Counted from the whole stretch's first letter, positions 39,612 to 54,019 are shown. The stretch is DNA of 63,948 bases, filler included, from Octopus bimaculoides (GCF_001194135.2; 7 parts of 5 records of this genome joined end to end with filler, not necessarily neighbours in it); one strand, 5' to 3'. The notes: generated from the letters alone by a model not told the origin. Numbers and translations: made by a program.

Positions 39612-41141
39612 CACACACACACATATATAGCCACATACATGTAAGTATAAATAAGTGTATATGTATGCCTATATACAAATGTACACAAACACACATTAGT
39701 CTCTATACATAGACACACGCATACACAAAGACATACATACAATCACACGCGTGCGTTAGTCATGTGCCTACATATTTCATATTGTCCGTTTATTTATTTA
39801 TTTATTTATTTATTCCACCTTCGCGTTGAAAATTTCAAGCGAGTATTTGGGAAAATAAACAGACATATCCATATGCATATATATGTATGTACGCATACAA
39901 ACATACATACATTCATACACACACACACACACATATATATACGCACATTTATACGTATATATTCATCTATACCTATATATATATATATATTTCTATATAC
40001 ATATATGTATATATCAATGTATGTGTTTACATGTGTATGTTTCTGGGTGGGTGTAAATGTATGTGTGTGTAAATATATATTTGCTTGTGTTTATCTGTGC
40101 ATATACGTATGTGCATATATATATATATATATANNNNNNNNNNNNNNNNNNNNNNNNNNNNNNNNNNNNNNNNNNNNNNNNNNNNNNNNNNNNNNNNNNN
40201 NNNNNNNNNNNNNNNNNNNNNNNNNNNNNNNNNNNNNNNNNNNNNNNNNNNNNNNNNNNNNNNNNNNNNNNNNNNNNNNNNNNNNNNNNNNNNNNNNNNN
40301 NNNNNNNNNNNNNNNNNNNNNNNNNNNNNNNNNNNNNNNNNNNNNNNNNNNNNNNNNNNNNNNNNNNNNNNNNNNNNNNNNNNNNNNNNNNNNNNNNNNN
40401 NNNNNNNNNNNNNNNNNNNNNNNNNNNNNNNNNNNNNNNNNNNNNNNNNNNNNNNNNNNNNNNNNNNNNNNNNNNNNNNNNNNNNNNNNNNNNNNNNNNN
40501 NNNNNNNNNNNNNNNNNNNNNNNNNNNNNNNNNNNNNNNNNNNNNNNNNNNNNNNNNNNNNNNNNNNNNNNNNTATATATATACCCATACATACATACAT
40601 ACTTGCGTAGTGTATATACAGAAATAGATTTAGATTTATGCATGCATACATACAATAATACGCGTTTGCATAGTAAAAATGAATATCCAGCTGATTGCCA
40701 GCATAGCAAAAATTGCTTGAAGCGTTGCATTTTCACAAGATTTCCGCCATTACGGATAATAATAGCTTAATTACTATAATAATAATAATAATAAAAATAA
40801 TAGTAAATTAACAATAATGATAAGGGGGTGAAAGAGAAAAGGGTGTAAAAGAAGAAGAAGAAGAAGAAGAAGAAGAAGAAGAAGAAGAAGAAGAAGAAGA
40901 AGAAGAAGAAAAAGACAAATATATTATATTATTTTATATATAATATGGACATATCCTTATACATTTATTATTATATTATCTTTATAGACGTACGCGCGTA
41001 TATATATGCAGATATACATACGTATGTATGTATGTATGTATGTATGTATGTATGTATGTATGCATGCATGTATGTGTGTATGTATGTTTGCATATACATA
41101 GGGAGAAACATAGAGAGATGTGAGAAAGAAAATAATGCGAA

Positions 41142-41440
41142 GGCGTAGGAGTGACTGTGTGGTAAGTAGCTTGCTTACCAACCACACGGAACCGGTTTCA
41201 GTCTAACTGCGTAGCACTTTGAGCAAGTGTTTTCTACTATAGTCTCGGGCCGACTAAAAGCTTGTGAGTGGATTTGGTGGACGGAAACTGAAAGAAGCTC
41301 GCAAATTAGCAGTTCAGCAAAAGAGACCGATAGAATAAGGATTAGGCTTACGAAGAATAAGCCCTGTGGCGATTTGTTCGACGAAAGGTGGTGCTGCAGC
41401 ATGACTGCAGTCAAATGACTGGAACAAATAAAAGAATAAA
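41142..41440 (+). mobile_element. SINE family B with internal deletion
   Basis: Head ggcgtaggagtgactgtgtggtaagtagc is joined directly to the tail, without the central microsatellite segment. Confidence 0.85.
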
Positions 41441-41462
41441 TGAATATACATATATATTTACA

Positions 41463-41506
<44 letters not shown>

Positions 41507-41989
41507 TACAGGTATATATACATACATACGTATGGGTGTCCGCGTGAGCGTGCAGTAAACAGTTAATAAAAAACAACGGGGAAAAGGCAAGAAGAAAACA
41601 CCAACGCAGTGTGTGTGTGTGTGTGGTGGCATGTGTGCGCGTTTGTGTATGCGGTATTAACTGTTTACATGTGTTTGCTTTGTGTGAGTGGTCTGTGTGT
41701 GTGTCTGTTAATGTCGTAGTGAGAGATCAGCAACTATGGTGGCAGGTTACGACATTAACATACACACACACAGATCACTCACACAAAACAAACATGCAAA
41801 CAGTTAATACCACGCATTTTCGCACACACACACACAGTTAACACCACACGCACACATGCTACCACGTACACACACACACACACACGCTAACATACACACA
41901 CACGTTGTCACATATACACACATGCCACCACATACACATGCGCACACATACACACGCACATACGCACACACAAACACGTAAACTCCTGC

Positions 41990-42870
41990 GTGTGCAGTCG
42001 ATTACATCAACACAAATTCTCAGCTGGTGTTTATTTTATCGATCCGAAAGGAGGAAAGGCAAAATCGACCCCAGTGGAAATGGAATCAAATTTTGCTATA
42101 AGGGCAGCAAGTTTGAGGGAGGGGATGAGTCGATTACATTGACCCTAGTGTTTTACTGGTACTCTCAACCCCGAAACGATCAAAGGCAAAATCGACCTCA
42201 GCAGAATTTGAACTCAGAACGGAACGACGGGCGAGATATCGAAAAGCATATATTTTCTACTCTAAGAACAAGGCCCGAAATTTTTGAGGTGGGGGCCAGT
42301 CGATTAGATCGACCCCAGTACGCAAATGGTATTTAATTTATCGAGCCCGAAAGGATGAAAGGCAAAGTCGACCTTGGTGAAATTTGAACTCAGAACATAA
42401 AGACTGACGAAATACCGCTAAGCATTTCGTCCAGCGTGCTAACGATTCTGCCAGCTCGCTGCCTTGATAATTTCAAAAATTTCAAATGATTTCAAAAATT
42501 TGGCACAAGGCTGGCAATTTCTGAGTGGGTAGTGCAGTCGATTATGTCTGCTCCACTATTTAACTGGTATTTATTTCACTGCTCATCGAATAGATGAAAG
42601 GCAAAGTGGAGCTCGGCGGAATTTGAACTCAGAACATGAAGACGGAAGAAATTCAGCTAAGCATTTTGTCGGGTGCCCTAACGATTCTGACTGTTCTTCG
42701 CCATAATAATAATTTTCCTTTCTACTACAGGTACAAGGCCTAAACTTTTGAGGGTATGGCTCGGCGACAAGAAGGATAAAATGCAAAGTCAACCTCGGTG
42801 GCATTTGAACTCGGAACGCGAGCACAGACGAAATGCCGCTAAGCTTTCTATCCAGCGCACTAACACCGCT
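41990..42870 (-). mobile_element. Tandem cluster of about 5 SINE family A copies/fragments
   Basis: aaggcaaagtcgacctcggcggaatttgaactcagaac variants at about 42055, 42183, 42360, 42598 and 42780. Confidence 0.85.
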
Positions 42871-43445
42871 TTCTTTGTCTGTATGACTGAATTATATTAT
42901 CTCCTTTTGGAGATTATATTTTTAGATACATAGAATCAGCAATAATTAAAAAAGTGGGTGTATATTCTTTAGGTGCAAGAACACCATAAATGAGTTGGCT
43001 GAACAACAGCAAGGAATTGCCAAGAATAAAAAGGATAAAAGATATAAGGTTGATTGACCAACGAGAAGGTCAAAAGACGTCATCATCTCTTGCTGTGAAC
43101 CTACAACCCCTCCAGGCTGCATACGTCAATCGGTTAATATTAGATAACAAAATCTTTTGTTATAAAACATGTATGGCTTGGTCATTGGTGCTGGCCCTTC
43201 TCAGTTTGTTGTTTGTTTCTATTGTTCGACTTTATGTTAATCAGAATCACCGTCAAGATGTGTGTACAGAAAGACGGATGGAGTTTTATGGCGTCGTTTC
43301 GGAAAATGAATAGGAGGCAATCTGTGTCAACATTAATGGTAAGAAATGGCAAATAACGGAAGAATGAAAAACAGATCTAATACAAAGCAAGGAAGACAAT
43401 GACTGTGGAATAGTGTGATATATGTGTGTGTGTGTATGTGTGTGC

Positions 43446-43524
<79 letters not shown>

Positions 43525-43861
43525 ATNNNNNNNNNNATATATATATACGTATTTATCTATAAATATACATACACATTTACATAATATATATATATATATA
43601 TATATACTTACCTACCAACATGAATACATATATGTATCTATTGTGTATGTAGACACACGGGCGCGCACACGCACACACAAACACGCACGCACACATACAC
43701 ATACGTTTGTAAAACTTTTATACAGAAAAGATTGATATTTTTATATGTAATGTATACATATGTATATGTATATATGCATGTACATATATGTGTGTATACA
43801 TGCATTTATATATATTAAACATACATACAGGCATAAACACATTGATGCATTCATGCATGTA

Positions 43862-43894
<33 letters not shown>

Positions 43895-44454
43895 GCATGC
43901 ATAAAAAATGAGATAGAAATCAAAACGATGCAAAATATAAACAAAAATATAGGGAAAGGAAATGGACAGAAAAACAAAAAAAAAACAAAGACGGAAAAGA
44001 AAAAAGAAGAAAGATTGATTGAAAAGAAGAGAAAATAAAAGAGACATCTGACAAAAAAAGTAATGAAAAAATACGAAAAACACAAAAAGGAGATGATGAA
44101 AACCTGAAGGCGTGAGAGATAATAAAAGTGCCCACTAAATCAACAAAACATAAAAAGAGAAGGACTCAAATCTTATCATAACAATAAATAAAAGAGCGAC
44201 CGATCAGGCAGACGATATCAATGAATTAATGTAAATACAAGGCAAATGTGTGTAAATAGAATGATAATTATTGAGTATTTATAAACACACAACAGGGAAG
44301 AATGAAAGGAAACGTTTTCGTTGATATTTGCAGCAAGCAGACGACACCTTCTAAGATGGCGTTCTTGTAAACTACTGTTACTCTAACGAATTATTTGAAA
44401 CATCTAGGAAATTGCCTACATTTCCTCTGAGATTTCCATTCTTTTTTTTTTTAA

Positions 44455-44690
44455 CATTTTTCTATTTACTTGTTTCAATCATTTGACTGCAGCCATGCTG
44501 GAGCGCCTCTTTGAATAATTTTTTTAGTCGAATGACTCAATCGCAGTTCTTTCTTTAAAAGTCTGGTACTTATTTTATCGTCATTTTTACCGAACCGCTA
44601 AGTTACGGGGACGTAAACAGACCACACCAGTTGTCCAACGGTGGGAACACAGTCAAAAAAACAGTCACAAAGACAGGCACAAACACACAC
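44455..44690 (-). mobile_element. SINE family B 3' half
   Basis: tttacttgtttcaatcatttgactgcagccatgctggagc...gaaccgctaagttacggggacgtaaac. Confidence 0.85.
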
Positions 44691-44727
44691 ACGCACATGT
44701 GTGTATGTATGTATGTATATCTATATA

Positions 44728-44760
<33 letters not shown>

Positions 44761-45309
44761 GTATATNNNNNNNNNNNNNNNNNNNNNNNNNNNNNNNNNN
44801 NNNNNNNNNNNNNNNNNNNNNNNNNNNNNNNNNNNNNNNNNNNNNNNNNNNNNNNNNNNNNNNNNNNNNNNNNNNNNNNNNNNNNNNNNNNNNNNNNNNN
44901 NNNNNNNNNNNNNNNNNNNNNNNNNNNNNNNNNNNNNNNNNNNNNNNNNNNNNNNNNNNNNNNNNNNNNNNNNNNNNNNNNNNNNNNNNNNNNNNNNNNN
45001 NNNNNNNNNNNNNNNNNNNNNNNNNNNNNNNNNNNNNNNNNNNNNNNNNNNNNNNNNNNNNNNNNNNNNNNNNNNNNNNNNNNNNNNNNNNNNNNNNNNN
45101 NNNNNNNNNNNNNNNNNNNNNNNNNNNNNNNNNNNNNNNNNNNNNNNNNNNNNNNNNNNNNNNNNNNNNNNNNNNNNNNNATATATATATATATGTATAT
45201 ATATATACAAAGCAGTCAGATTTGATTGGCCTGAACCAGGTTCTGACAAAACAACAGCAACGATGACAAGAACAACAACTGTTCCTCTTTTTTGTCTATA
45301 ATAATCCTT

Positions 45310-45515
45310 TCTTCTTTAGGCATAAGGCCTGGAATTTCAATGGAGGGGGAAAGTCGATCATATTGACCCCATTTTACTGGTGCTTAATATATCGACCCCG
45401 AAAGGATGAAAGACAAAGTTGACCTTGGTGGAATTCGATTTTAGGACGTGAAGAGAGACGAAGTGCCACTAAGTATTACACCCGGTGTGCTAACGATTCT
45501 GCCCGCTCGTTGACT
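45310..45515 (-). mobile_element. SINE family A
   Basis: gaccccgaaaggatgaaagacaaagttgaccttggtggaatt...gtgctaacgattctgcc. Confidence 0.8.
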
Positions 45516-46299
45516 TCCTGTTGTCTGTAATAATGAATTATATTTTCTCATATCGGAATTCTTGTAGTTAAATAAATTTCCTCAGCAGCAGTTAAGTATA
45601 TAGAAGAAAATTCTTTGGTAAAGTACAGTTTGATTCCAGTTATGAAATATAGACAGAAATGGGGCTGTTCGATCGACAGGCCAATGCCCTACCGATCGAT
45701 AATGCTGACATTGTCAGCAAATTATAATTGTACAAGGAATATTAATCCTTTGCTAGATTTTATCAGTTTGGAAATATAAATTTAGAATGTTGAATTAACA
45801 AAAGGATTATTTTCTTAAGGTTTAATCATAAAGATTAAAGAAATAAGACTGGAATCGTAGAATCCTTAGTACTTTTGTTGTTAATTTCACGATACAAATA
45901 TATTCTAATATATGTGCATACCTACAAATATAGCAATTATTACAATGCATTATTTACTATAATTTTAATTAGAAGATAAATAGATGGCCCCGGAAGGCTG
46001 TGGTGTAGGAGTCAATGAATTTGGTACAATATTGGTATATGTACATCTTGACAGGCTTAAGCAAGAATTCTCTTCCATGTGATCAACAAGAAGTATCTAT
46101 ATATTGTTGCTTTACGTTTTCCTTGTGTGTGTGTGTGTGTGTGTGTGTGTGGATTCTCCAGTCGTCAACAACAGACGTGAGTTCCGCAATTTCTTGCTGA
46201 ACAACCTGCTTACTTTATTTATAGTGATCAAATGTTTGTACTGGACTTTAGCTCACTTCCTTCGTCAAATCAACTTTGCTTATACAAGTCCACAGTGTG

Positions 46300-46440
46300 C
46301 CGTGCCACACGTCAGATGTCGAAATGAATGCAGAGCAACGTGAAATGAAGTGTCTTCCTCAAAAACACACCACACAGCCCGGGCCTGGAGTCGAAAACGA
46401 AATCTTGCGTGTAACACCCTAACCTCTAAACCATGCTACT
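46300..46440 (-). mobile_element. SINE family C fragment
   Basis: Reverse-complement similarity to the 6677-6800 head. Confidence 0.6.
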
Positions 46441-46974
46441 TAACACCTAAATATAATAAGACTATACAATTTCCTCCGCCAAGTTTTGGCTAAGTATCTG
46501 TGTTAATGATAGCTATAATTGCTTGAAAAACATCGCAACTCAAAAATCCTATAATAGACAATGCTATAATCCCTCGGGGTTGCTGGAGTTAAATCACAAA
46601 TCAATATTTCTTTCGTAGTCAGCTGTTCGTTGTAGGCTCGTATATTCGGCAAAGCAGATTCTTTTCATAAGAACACTGAACAACAGAACAAGAAATATAG
46701 CCTGCCTCAGAGGTCTTGCGCTGAATATGAAACATTTCAGTTAGGATTTCTTCTGTTATTCGATTTAAAAATTCAAGATATATATATATATGAAGTAAAA
46801 CATTAAGCATTTATCTTAAAACATTTTCTTAAGTGACTAAATTAAAATTATCAATAAACACAGGCTCAAGAGCTTCATACATCATAGAAACTAGGAAAAC
46901 TTCAACTTTATGCATACATCCGCATTACAATAGAAAATACTGGAAGTATAATTATAGTCAAAAAAGTACCAGAT

Positions 46975-47342
46975 GCAAAAATATTTTGCCGAACTGCTAA
47001 GTGTTTGCCGAACTGCTAAGTTACGGGGACGTAAACGCACTCGCATCGGTTGTCAAATGATATTGGAGGGACAAACACAGATACACAAATACACACACAC
47101 ACACATACATACACACATACACATACATACGCACACACATACACGCACAGACACACACACACATATATATATATATACATACGACGGGCTTCTTTCAGCT
47201 TCCGTCTATCAAACCCACAAGGCTTTGTTCTGCCCGAGGCTATAGTAGAAAACACTTGCCTAAGGTGTCACACAGTAGGACTGAATCCAGAACGATTTGG
47301 TTGGTAAGCAAGCTACTTACCATACAACCACTTCTGCGTCTA
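46975..47342 (-). mobile_element. SINE family B
   Basis: Colinear with 58070-58352, including the central (CA)n tract. Confidence 0.85.
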
Positions 47343-47367
47343 TAGATAGATAGATAGATAGATAGAC

Positions 47368-47411
<44 letters not shown>

Positions 47412-47612
47412 GCATGTATATATATATATACGCATATTATATGCATATATATATATATGTGTGTGTGTGTGTGTAGTTAATCCAAATAGACAAAGAAAAA
47501 AACCAAGAAAAAACAACGCGAGGGCATAGTACACGCAAAGTATTAATAAGACAAACAGGGAAGGAAAATCCATATATATATATATATATACATATATATG
47601 TATGCATGTCTA

Positions 47613-47643
<31 letters not shown>

Positions 47644-47658
47644 CCTCTCTCTCTCTCC

Positions 47659-47690
<32 letters not shown>

Positions 47691-47756
47691 TAATAGAAAT
47701 GGTAAGACAATAAAAGAATGAAAGATACCTCGATATTATGTAAATAGAGGAATTAA

Positions 47757-47957
47757 TCTGTAAATATAATATGTGACAATTATTCGGTAGCCATGATAAA
47801 ACTCCGAGTTTCGGATGTCGGGACGGAAACCTACGCCGCCATCTCTTCAGTTATGGTCCGATAACTGAAGAGATGGCGGCGTGGGTTTCCGCCCGACATC
47901 TAAAACTCGGAGTTTTATCATGGCTACCGAATAATTATCACATATTATATTTAGAGA
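47757..47957. repeat. Long foldback palindrome (~95-bp arms, 6-nt loop) with an HHR-like motif in each arm
   Basis: 47761-47854 is the near-perfect reverse complement of 47861-47953; arm reads ATAA-CTGAAGA-GATG..CATCC-GAAACTCGGAGTT-TTAT. Confidence 0.9.
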
Positions 47958-48278
47958 TACATAAATATCTTATATATATTTAAGAGCTTTGGAAAAGAAG
48001 GTTAAGACATTTTTTCGATAATAGCGGATCTGAAGACTGCAACGTGTGTATGAATCCTAAGGTAATACATTAAATCCTAATGGAAATCCACTGAAACAAA
48101 AGCGAATCAGAAACGCATACAAAGTAATGGTGAATATTTTTATATGTCTTTAGTCTTGCTACACGTATGGATTGGTCTTTACTTTGTGAGTAAGACTAGA
48201 TGCAAATATAATACTGCATACATATATACCCATACGCATAAATATATGTATACACGCACAAATATGCACATGCAAGTT

Positions 48279-48323
<45 letters not shown>

Positions 48324-48344
48324 AGAGTATTATGCCAACTTACT

Positions 48345-48763
48345 GAGGCAGTTATGAAACGTTATGTAGAGCAAATACCTGGAAAACTGGCGAAAGTGAT
48401 CTTGTCTTATCGGGACAATGTTTCAGCACAAAAGCCTTTGGTTTCAATGGCTGCTGTGCATGACTGAGGCTTTGGACCGGTTGAGCAGCCTCCCTATTCC
48501 TTTGATTTAGCCGAATTTGACTATTATTTGTTCTCCAACAAGAAAAAAAAAAGCTTCACTAGGAATCAGTATCGCAGTCATATTTGTTGTTGATGACTTT
48601 TTTCACCAATAGGATGGAAGCATCTGCACCAATGGCATCCTAGCACTGCAACACAGATGAAAGAAGTGTGTGGACCGCAAAGGGGAAAAAAAATAAACAT
48701 CATTTGGTCATATTCTATGTGGGTATCTTCGTCAGCCTATAAACTTTTCAGCCGACTCTCGTA
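48345..48763 (+). mobile_element. Decayed mariner element 3' part with right TIR
   Basis: YRDNVSAQK..MAAVHD*GF..QPPYSFDLAEFDYYLF; ends aaacttttcagccgactctcg-TA. Confidence 0.8.
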
Positions 48764-50399
48764 CATTGAGTTTGACCAGCAAATATCTTTATGCCTGGTG
48801 GATCTACAAACAGCGTACACCTAACCATGTGAGAACACGTATGTAGTATTGTAAAAAAGCTAACTTATCAACATTTTACTGAGAGAAACGAATACTAATT
48901 CGTAAGTTTTCTGAAGACAAATTTAAAGAACAGAAATTCAATATTTTCTTTTTGTTTTGTAATAAAATTCTTCTAAAGAAGCAATTTCTTTCTTTTCGAA
49001 AGGGACAGTTTGATGTCATTAATGAGCGTGTTCAGAAATATTTATGCTGTGTGTCTGTGTACATGATGGTTGTCTGCTAGTAACCGAGGAAGACCATCAC
49101 TAACCGCTAAGAACATTGTGTGCTTAATTTTATATGAAACTGGGAGCAATGTTTTTTTATTTCTTTTTTTTTTGTTGTCTTTTGATTGAATTTTGTCACC
49201 GGAAAAGTATTTTCACTTAACCATCTCTCTGCTAGTGTATGTGCATGTATTGCTTGTGTGTATGTATGTGTGTGTGTGTTTGTGTGAGTGTTGTTTGTGT
49301 TTGTGTGTGAGTATGTGTATATGTGTGTTTGTGTGTGTGTCGGAGGGTGTGCGTGTGAAAATAAAACAATGTAGTCATTATAGACTATTAAAACTTTCCC
49401 TCTGCAATATAATGATATAGTGTTGAATTCTAGCAGACTACGTATATAATACGCGTCATTGTAGTCTAACCGTGTTCATACGTCACCGCATTGTGCACTT
49501 CATAACGTCACAGTATTGTGACGTCATAAAATTGCATGGAAAATCCAAGACGCCATTTTATGCTAGGCGCGCACACACACACACACGCACGCACGCACGC
49601 ACGCACACACGCACACACACGCACACNNNNNNNNNNNNNNNNNNNNNNNNNNNNNNNNNNNNNNNNNNNNNNNNNNNNNNNNNNNNNNNNNNNNNNNNNN
49701 NNNNNNNNNNNNNNNNNNNNNNNNNNNNNNNNNNNNNNNNNNNNNNNNNNNNNNNNNNNNNNNNNNNNNNNNNNNNNNNNNNNNNNNNNNNNNNNNNNNN
49801 NNNNNNNNNNNNNNNNNNNNNNNNNNNNNNNNNNNNNNNNNNNNNNNNNNNNNNNNNNNNNNNNNNNNNNNNNNNNNNNNNNNNNNNNNNNNNNNNNNNN
49901 NNNNNNNNNNNNNNNNNNNNNNNNNNNNNNNNNNNNNNNNNNNNNNNNNNNNNNNNNNNNNNNNNNNNNNNNNNNNNNNNNNNNNNNNNNNNNNNNNNNN
50001 NNNNNNNNNNNNNNNNNNNNNNNNNNNNNNNNNNNNNNNNNNNNNNNNNNNNNNNNNNNNNNNNNNNNNNNNNNNNNNNNNNNNNNNNNNNNNNNNNNNN
50101 NNNNNNNNNNNNNNNNNNNNNNNNNNNNNNNNNNNNNNNNNNNNNNNNNNNNNNNNNNNNNNNNNNNNNNNNNNNNNNNNNNNNNNNNNNNNNNNNNNNN
50201 NNNNNNNNNNNNNNNNNNNNNNNNNNNNNNNNNNNNNNNNNNNNNNNNNNNNNNNNNNNNNNNNNNNNNNNNNNNNNNNNNNNNNNNNNNNNNNNNNNNN
50301 NNNNNNNNNNNNNNNNNNNNNNNNNNNNNNNNNNNNNGAATTCTCCAGTTCGTGAGTCTCAGCCGCTACAAAAGTAAGTAGTCTTCCGTCTTGAAGAAT

Positions 50400-50740
50400 T
50401 ATTCTTTCAATCGAATGAATCGACCCCAGTATTTTTTCTTTTTTAAGCCTGGTAAATGTTCCATCGGTCACTTTTGCCAAACCGCTAACGTCATAGGAAC
50501 GTAAGCACACCAAAACCGGTTGTCTAGCTGTGATGGAGAGCAAACACAGACGCAAAGACACCCACACATACACACATACGACGGGCTTCTTTCAGTTTCC
50601 GTCTACTAAATCCACTCACAAGGTCTTGGTCGTCCTGAGGCCATAGAAGAAGACACTTGCCCAAGATGCCACGCAGTGGGACTGAACCCAGAACAGTGTG
50701 GTTGGGAAGCAAGGTTCTTACCACACAGCCACGCCTGCGC
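50400..50740 (-). mobile_element. SINE family B
   Basis: Colinear with 58020-58352. Confidence 0.85.
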
Positions 50741-52068
50741 TCATTAGCTGATGTTTTTTATAAGGTCGTACTACCATTTTGATACATTTTCGTAGCTATG
50801 ATTGTTAGAGTGATGGTGATAGTGAGACTGAATCTAAAACTATGTGATTGGGAAACAAGCTTCTTTCCACACAGGCACGCCCGTGCATATTTCAAATTAT
50901 ATTCAATCAATAGATGATTAAAAAAAAAAAAACAGATTCGGATTACCAGATGAAAAACCAGCAATGGGTAACTCAGAGTACAGCAACTTGTAAGCTTTTT
51001 GGTTAGAATGCATTAAAGGATACGCCACAAATTTACGTATTGAGTTCTGTAACATACATACAAACATACATACATACATACATACGTACATACATACATA
51101 CATCCATACATATATACATATATGCATACGATGGCATGCACATACATACATACATAGATATGGGTGTGCGTGAGTATGTGTTATGGCATTATGCATCTGA
51201 AGTTGCCTTCTAAAGTTATATCAAGATGAAATAAATGATAAAGTTATATAAAGTTTTGAAAAACTAACATTATCATTTTTATGAAAAAAGTAAACAAGCA
51301 AACATAAATGTAAATAAATAAGATATATATATTGAGAGAGAAAGAGACCGAGATAGAAAGAGAGAGAATTATGTATATATANNNNNNNNNNNNNNNNNNN
51401 NNNNNNNNNNNNNNNNNNNNNNNNNNNNNNNNNNNNNNNNNNNNNNNNNNNNNNNNNNNNNNNNNNNNNNNNNNNNNNNNNNNNNNNNNNNNNNNNNNNN
51501 NNNNNNNNNNNNNNNNNNNNNNNNNNNNNNNNNNNNNNNNNNNNNNNNNNNNNNNNNNNNNNNNNNNNNNNNNNNNNNNNNNNNNNNNNNNNNNNNNNNN
51601 NNNNNNNNNNNNNNNNNNNNNNNNNNNNNNNNNNNNNNNNNNNNNNNNNNNNNNNNNNNNNNNNNNNNNNNNNNNNNNNNNNNNNNNNNNNNNNNNNNNN
51701 NNNNNNNNNNNNNNNNNNNNNNNNNNNNNNNNNNNNNNNNNNNNNNNNNNNNNNNNNNNNNNNNNNNNNNNNNNNNNNNNNNNNNNNNNNNNNNNNNNNN
51801 NNNNNNNNNNNNNNNNNNNNNNNNNNNNNNNNNNNNNNNNNNNNNNNNNNNNNNNNNNNNNNNNNNNNNNNNNNNNNNNNNNNNNNNNNNNNNNNNNNNN
51901 NNNNNNNNNNNNNNNNNNNNNNNNNNNNNNNNNNNNNNNNNNNNNNNNNNNNNNNNNNNNNNNNNNNNNNNNNNNNNNNNNNNNNNNNNNNNNNNNNNNN
52001 NNNNNNNNNNNNNNNNNNNNNNNNNNNNNNNNNTACATACATCTACATATGCATGTAAGCATACATCT

Positions 52069-52107
<39 letters not shown>

Positions 52108-52163
52108 CATATATGTATGCGTATATATATGTATATATAAACATAAATCAATGCTTGTATATA

Positions 52164-52199
<36 letters not shown>

Positions 52200-52203
52200 T
52201 GTA

Positions 52204-52259
<56 letters not shown>

Positions 52260-53321
52260 GAAAGAGACAGATAGATAGATAAATAGATAGAGATAGAGAG
52301 AGAGAGACAGACAGACAGACACACACACACACACACACACACATACACACACACACACATACACACACACACACACACACATAACTATATCTTACCGCGT
52401 AATATAAAGAAAATGACCACTGAAAATAGATATGGTCCATATATATGTGTGTGCATGTGTATCGTTATTAGGCATATATGTATATATATGTATATATATA
52501 TATATATACATATATATANNNNNNNNNNNNNNNNNNNNNNNNNNNNNNNNNNNNNNNNNNNNNNNNNNNNNNNNNNNNNNNNNNNNNNNNNNNNNNNNNN
52601 NNNNNNNNNNNNNNNNNNNNNNNNNNNNNNNNNNNNNNNNNNNNNNNNNNNNNNNNNNNNNNNNNNNNNNNNNNNNNNNNNNNNNNNNNNNNNNNNNNNN
52701 NNNNNNNNNNNNNNNNNNNNNNNNNNNNNNNNNNNNNNNNNNNNNNNNNNNNNNNNNNNNNNNNNNNNNNNNNNNNNNNNNNNNNNNNNNNNNNNNNNNN
52801 NNNNNNNNNNNNNNNNNNNNNNNNNNNNNNNNNNNNNNNNNNNNNNNNNNNNNNNNNNNNNNNNNNNNNNNNNNNNNNNNNNNNNNNNNNNNNNNNNNNN
52901 NNNNNNNNNNNNNNNNNNNNNNNNNNNNNNNNNNNNNNNNNNNNNNNNNNNNNNNNNNNNNNNNNNNNNNNNNNNNNNNNNNNNNNNNNNNNNNNNNNNN
53001 NNNNNNNNNNNNNNNNNNNNNNNNNNNNNNNNNNNNNNNNNNNNNNNNNNNNNNNNNNNNNNNNNNNNNNNNNNNNNNNNNNNNNNNNNNNNNNNNNNNN
53101 NNNNNNNNNNNNNNNNNNNNNNNNNNNNNNNNNNNNNNNNNNNNNNNNNNNNNNNNNNNNNNNNNNNNNNNNNNNNNNNNNNNNNNNNNNNNNNNNNNNN
53201 NNNNNNNNNNNNNNNNNNNNNNNNNNNNNNNNNNNNNNNNNNNNNNNNNNNNNNNNNNNNNNNNNNNNNNNNNNNNNNNNNNNNNNNNNNNNNNNNNNNN
53301 NNNNNNNNNNNNNNNNNNNAT

Positions 53322-53450
53322 ATACGACGGGCTTCTTTCAGTTTCCGTCTACCAAATCCACTCACAAGGCTTTGGTCGGCCCGAGGCTATAGTAGAAGAC
53401 ACTTGCCGAAGGTGCCACTCAGTGGGACTGAACCCGGAACCACACAACCA
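53322..53450 (-). mobile_element. SINE family B head (rest in gap)
   Basis: cgacgggcttctttcagtttccgtctaccaaatccactcacaaggctttggtcggcccgagg. Confidence 0.85.
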
Positions 53451-53759
53451 CTCCTGTTTATTGCTGATTTAAATATGATTTCTTGATATTCCCTTCGCAA
53501 AAACAACAATACCAACCGTCATCACCATCATAGGCAACAGTATAACAACAACAGTAGCAGCATGAATTACCACAATTGCTACCACAACTGCTACTACCAC
53601 AACTATACAACGACATCAACTACCACTATCACCACCGCAGCGAGTACAATAACCGTATCAACCCACCATCGCCATCACAGCAAGAATATGAACCAACAGG
53701 CTATCACCACCACCATCACCACAATCACCACCATTATCTCACCCCTGACCATATCCCTA

Positions 53760-53885
53760 GCCACAGCTATTGGGACAGGTATAGCTATCTGCAAGTGCGA
53801 GCCTCGTGAGTCAGAGTGGCTCTCCCAGCGCATCTTCGTCGCCATCTTCTGGGGCAACGCCTTTTTCTATTTTGTCCTCTAGGAC
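53760..53885 (+). mobile_element. Possible C-terminal remnant of a CRE/REL-type non-LTR element
   Basis: WLSQRIFVAIFWGNA resembles the QRISxAIQRGNA terminal motif. Confidence 0.35.
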
Positions 53886-54019
53886 TATGAGGCGGTCTGA
53901 ATTACAGGAAATCGAAACAATATAAGAACTTCGTAGCTTAATTTTCTTTTTTACTGGTTTTTCTTCTTTCCTTTCCTTTTCCTTTTATTTTCTTTTGAAT
54001 ATTATTATTATTATTATTA

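Noticed and set aside
42990-43313. 107-aa plus-strand ORF in non-repetitive sequence
   Set aside because: No recognisable domain or splice context; this length is expected by chance.
46162-50373. Possible micro-exons 46162-46176 (CAG|...|GTGAGT) and 50349-50373 (CAG|...|GTAAGT)
   Set aside because: Good donors but poor or unseen polypyrimidine tracts and too short to evaluate without RNA-seq.
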